Below, piece by piece: positions 62,223 through 64,000 of a stretch of DNA of 64,000 nucleotides. Made by a program: the position numbers and the translations under genes. How positions within the stretch are numbered: position 1 is the stretch's first letter; every line of letters begins with the position of its first letter. The DNA comes from Gammaproteobacteria bacterium (lineage in GTDB: Bacteria > Pseudomonadota > Gammaproteobacteria > Burkholderiales > SG8-39), in the NCBI GenBank assembly GCA_041496705.1, contig JBGQFD010000006.1, forward strand, positions 244 to 64,243. Direction: 5' to 3'. The notes beneath the pieces were generated by a model, which did no database searches, was not told the DNA's origin, and was given only the letters and a program-made list of their open reading frames with translations.

Positions 62223-62289
62223 GTCTAACGTTTACAGCGAGGGGCGCGCGCCGCTCTTGCGCGCGTCCCTCTCGACTGTGGGGTTAGAC
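62223..62289 (-). repeat. attC site (intact, 67 bp)
   Basis: gtctaac-cccac-agtcgagagggacgcgcgcaagagcggcgcgcgcccctcgct-gtaaac-gttagac. Confidence 0.92.
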
Positions 62290-62290
62290 C

Positions 62291-62581
62291 TCATGCTTTC
62301 CCCATTCTCCGTTCGAAATCAGTAGCTCGTTCCGAAAGCCCCATATTTTCCGCCGCTTGCACGAGTTGACGCCAGAATTCTGGAGGTGGCGCATTCGTGA
62401 GCCCCAGATCTTCGAGTTCATCGAGGGCAAGCTCCATCTCGTTGTGGCGAAGACACTCTTCGAAGCCGCTGACCGTTGCCCCTTCAGCGCCTGGAGCAAG
62501 CGCTTTCGGCAATAGGTTGCGGGCCGCATTCAAATGCTTGGCGGTACTGGCCCAGCTTCTTTCTAGCTCAGCTCGGTTCAT
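62291..62581 (-). CDS. Cassette gene: small helical hypothetical protein (possibly MafI-like immunity)
   Basis: ECLRHNEMELALDEL...FWRQL..AA; bounded by gttagacctc and gaggtctaac. Confidence 0.7.
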   Translation of the reverse strand: MNRAELERSWASTAKHLNAARNLLPKALAPGAEGATVSGFEECLRHNEMELALDELEDLGLTNAPPPEFWRQLVQAAENMGLSERATDFERRMGKA

Positions 62582-62611
62582 TTAGAGCAAGAGGTCTAAC
62601 TTCCACGACTT

Positions 62612-62749
62612 TCAGCGCACCCAGTAGGTCAAGACCGTCGACCACGGCGATGAATTCCCAGCCCCGGTGATTTTCCAGTGAGTCCACTTTCCGGACAAGT
62701 CTGGAAATCTTCGCTCCCAGCCTCTTTTGATCTGGCGAGGAACTTTCAT
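62612..62749 (-). pseudogene. Truncated cassette remnant lacking its own attC
   Basis: ATG 6 nt after GTTAGAC core; 45-aa ORF MKVPRQIKRGWERRF...; followed by a bare GTTAGAC with no stem. Confidence 0.5.
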
Positions 62750-62755
62750 AGAGAG

Positions 62756-62820
62756 GTCTAACGTTCACGGCGAGGAGCGCGCGCCGTTCTTGCGCGCGTC
62801 CCTCGACTGTGCGGTTAGGC
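62756..62820 (-). repeat. attC site (intact, 65 bp)
   Basis: gcctaac-cgcac-agtcgagggacgcgcgcaagaacggcgcgcgctcctcgcc-gtgaac-gttagac; close relative of 62223-62289. Confidence 0.92.
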
Positions 62821-62841
62821 CGCAGTCCGTCGTTACCTGGT

Positions 62842-63036
62842 TCACTGACGTGCCCGACCGACGAGGCGAAACGCCCAGACGCAAAGCGCCCCCGCTATGA
62901 AAATTGCTACCCATGATATCCAAATCGGAACCACCCAGCTCGCCACCTGGGCGGACCAATTCAATATCAGTCTGACTACATGGACAAGCGCCATCACGCC
63001 GAAGACAACACCTGTGATTTGAATGTACGTCCGCAT
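62842..63036 (-). CDS. Cassette gene: 64-aa two-TM hypothetical protein
   Basis: AGGAG RBS, MRTYIQITGVVFGVMALVHVVRL...W.SW. Confidence 0.8.
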   Translation of the reverse strand: MRTYIQITGVVFGVMALVHVVRLILNWSAQVASWVVPIWISWVAIFIAGALCVWAFRLVGRARQ

Positions 63037-63092
63037 AGCGTGGGCTCCTGTCGACGAATCCAGCTGCCTGGTAAGAATGAGTTCTTGATGCG

Positions 63093-63182
63093 TTCTAACG
63101 TGGAGGTGAGGGGCGGCCGTAGCGGGAAGCGCGAAGGAAACCACTTGCCCGAGGGCGGCTACCGCTCGACCCCGCGCAGTCT
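63093..63182 (-). repeat. Head-of-array attC-like site lacking a recognisable R'' box
   Basis: gtcgagcgg...ggccgcccctcac-ctccac-gttagaa; expected RYYYAAC position reads agactgc; no cassette ORF upstream. Confidence 0.65.
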
Positions 63183-63234
63183 GACGCTGCGCGCCGGGTG
63201 CGACCAGGACGCGCCCCTGCGGGCCGCGCCCGCG

Positions 63235-64000
63235 TCAGACGATGTTCAGGTGCTCGGTGCCCTGCATGATGTCCTTGTTCTTCGCTTCCTTGGAGTGCAG
63301 CTTGATCTGCAGGCGCAGGTCGTTGACGCTGTCGGCGTTCCTGAGCGCGTCCTCGTAGCTGATCCTGCCCGACTCGAACAGGTCGAACAGGGCCTGGTCG
63401 AAGGTCTGCATGCCCAGTTCGCGCGATTTCTTCATGATCTCCTTGATCTCGTGCACCTCGCCCTTGAAGATGAGGTCGGAGATGAGCGGGGAGTTGAGCA
63501 TGATCTCTACCGCGGCGCAGCGGCCCTTGCCTTCCTTCAGCGGGATGAGGCGCTGCGAGACGAGGCCGCGGATGTTCAGCGAAAGATCCATGAGCAGTTG
63601 CGCACGCCGTTCCTCGGGGAAAAAGTTGATGATGCGGTCCAGGGCCTGGTTGGCGCTGTTCGCGTGCAAGGTGCACAGGCACAGGTGGCCCGTTTCGGCG
63701 AACGCAATCGCATGCTCCATGGTCTCGCGGTCGCGGACCTCGCCGATGAGGATGACGTCGGGCGCCTGGCGCAGGGTGTTCTTGAGCGCGCTCTCCCAGT
63801 TGAGCGTGTCCACGCCCACCTCCCGCTGCGTGATGAGGCAGCCTTTGTGCGGGTGGGTAAACTCGACCGGGTCCTCGATGGTGATGATGTGTCCTTGAGA
63901 GTTCTCGTTGCGAAAACCGACCATCGCCGCGAGCGTGGTGGACTTGCCCGAGCCGGTGGCGCCCACCATGATCACCAGGCCGCGCTTGGTCATGATGATG
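63235..64000 (-). CDS. pilU: Type IV pilus retraction ATPase PilU (3' part; start outside window)
   Basis: GATGSGKSTT, TIEDPVE, LIGEVRD, TLHANSA, PilU-type C-terminus (DLIFKGE...GMQTFDQAL...NADSVNDLRL). Confidence 0.9.
   Translation of the reverse strand, partial: IIMTKRGLVIMVGATGSGKSTTLAAMVGFRNENSQGHIITIEDPVEFTHPHKGCLITQREVGVDTLNWESALKNTLRQAPDVILIGEVRDRETMEHAIAFAETGHLCLCTLHANSANQALDRIINFFPEERRAQLLMDLSLNIRGLVSQRLIPLKEGKGRCAAVEIMLNSPLISDLIFKGEVHEIKEIMKKSRELGMQTFDQALFDLFESGRISYEDALRNADSVNDLRLQIKLHSKEAKNKDIMQGTEHLNIV

Larger units (their letters stand above)
58949..63182 (-). mobile_element. Integron gene-cassette array with no integrase in the window (CALIN-like)
   Basis: Co-oriented short lower-GC ORFs separated by RYYYAAC...GTTRRRY imperfect palindromes; stop codons inside R'' boxes; no intI or attI between the array and pilU. 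Confidence 0.88.

Noticed and set aside
59145-63182. CRISPR array or REP repeats
   Set aside because: The repeats are variable-length imperfect palindromes separated by whole genes, which fits attC sites

Overview
GC-rich betaproteobacterial chromosome segment. Most of it is core housekeeping genes: nadC, a TRAP transporter, gshB with a regulatory PTS, metXW under a SAM-II riboswitch, ampG-xth-pyrE, gatCAB, mreBCD-mrdA-rodA-rlpA-dac-dat-ybeD-lipBA, polA, thrB, two tandem FimW-like PilZ proteins, ubiE-Tim44-ubiJ-ubiB, pit, nodIJ-like ABC genes, hemJ and the 3' part of pilU. The main accessory element is an integron gene-cassette array at about 58.9-63.2 kb on the minus strand, starting just downstream of pilU. 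No integrase or attI is visible in the window (CALIN-like). It has four intact attC sites, several attC sites with mutated core boxes, a truncated cassette and a nonsense-mutated cassette, which together look like a gradient of decay. Other oddities: a PolI with Ala at the position of E. coli D424 (the classic proofreading-null change); an in-frame, AT-shifted, strongly diverged patch inside gatB; an EIIA-Man lacking its phospho-acceptor His; and a SAM-II riboswitch with an inserted hairpin and a terminator/antiterminator platform. All calls come from reading the sequence and recalled motifs; no searches were run.
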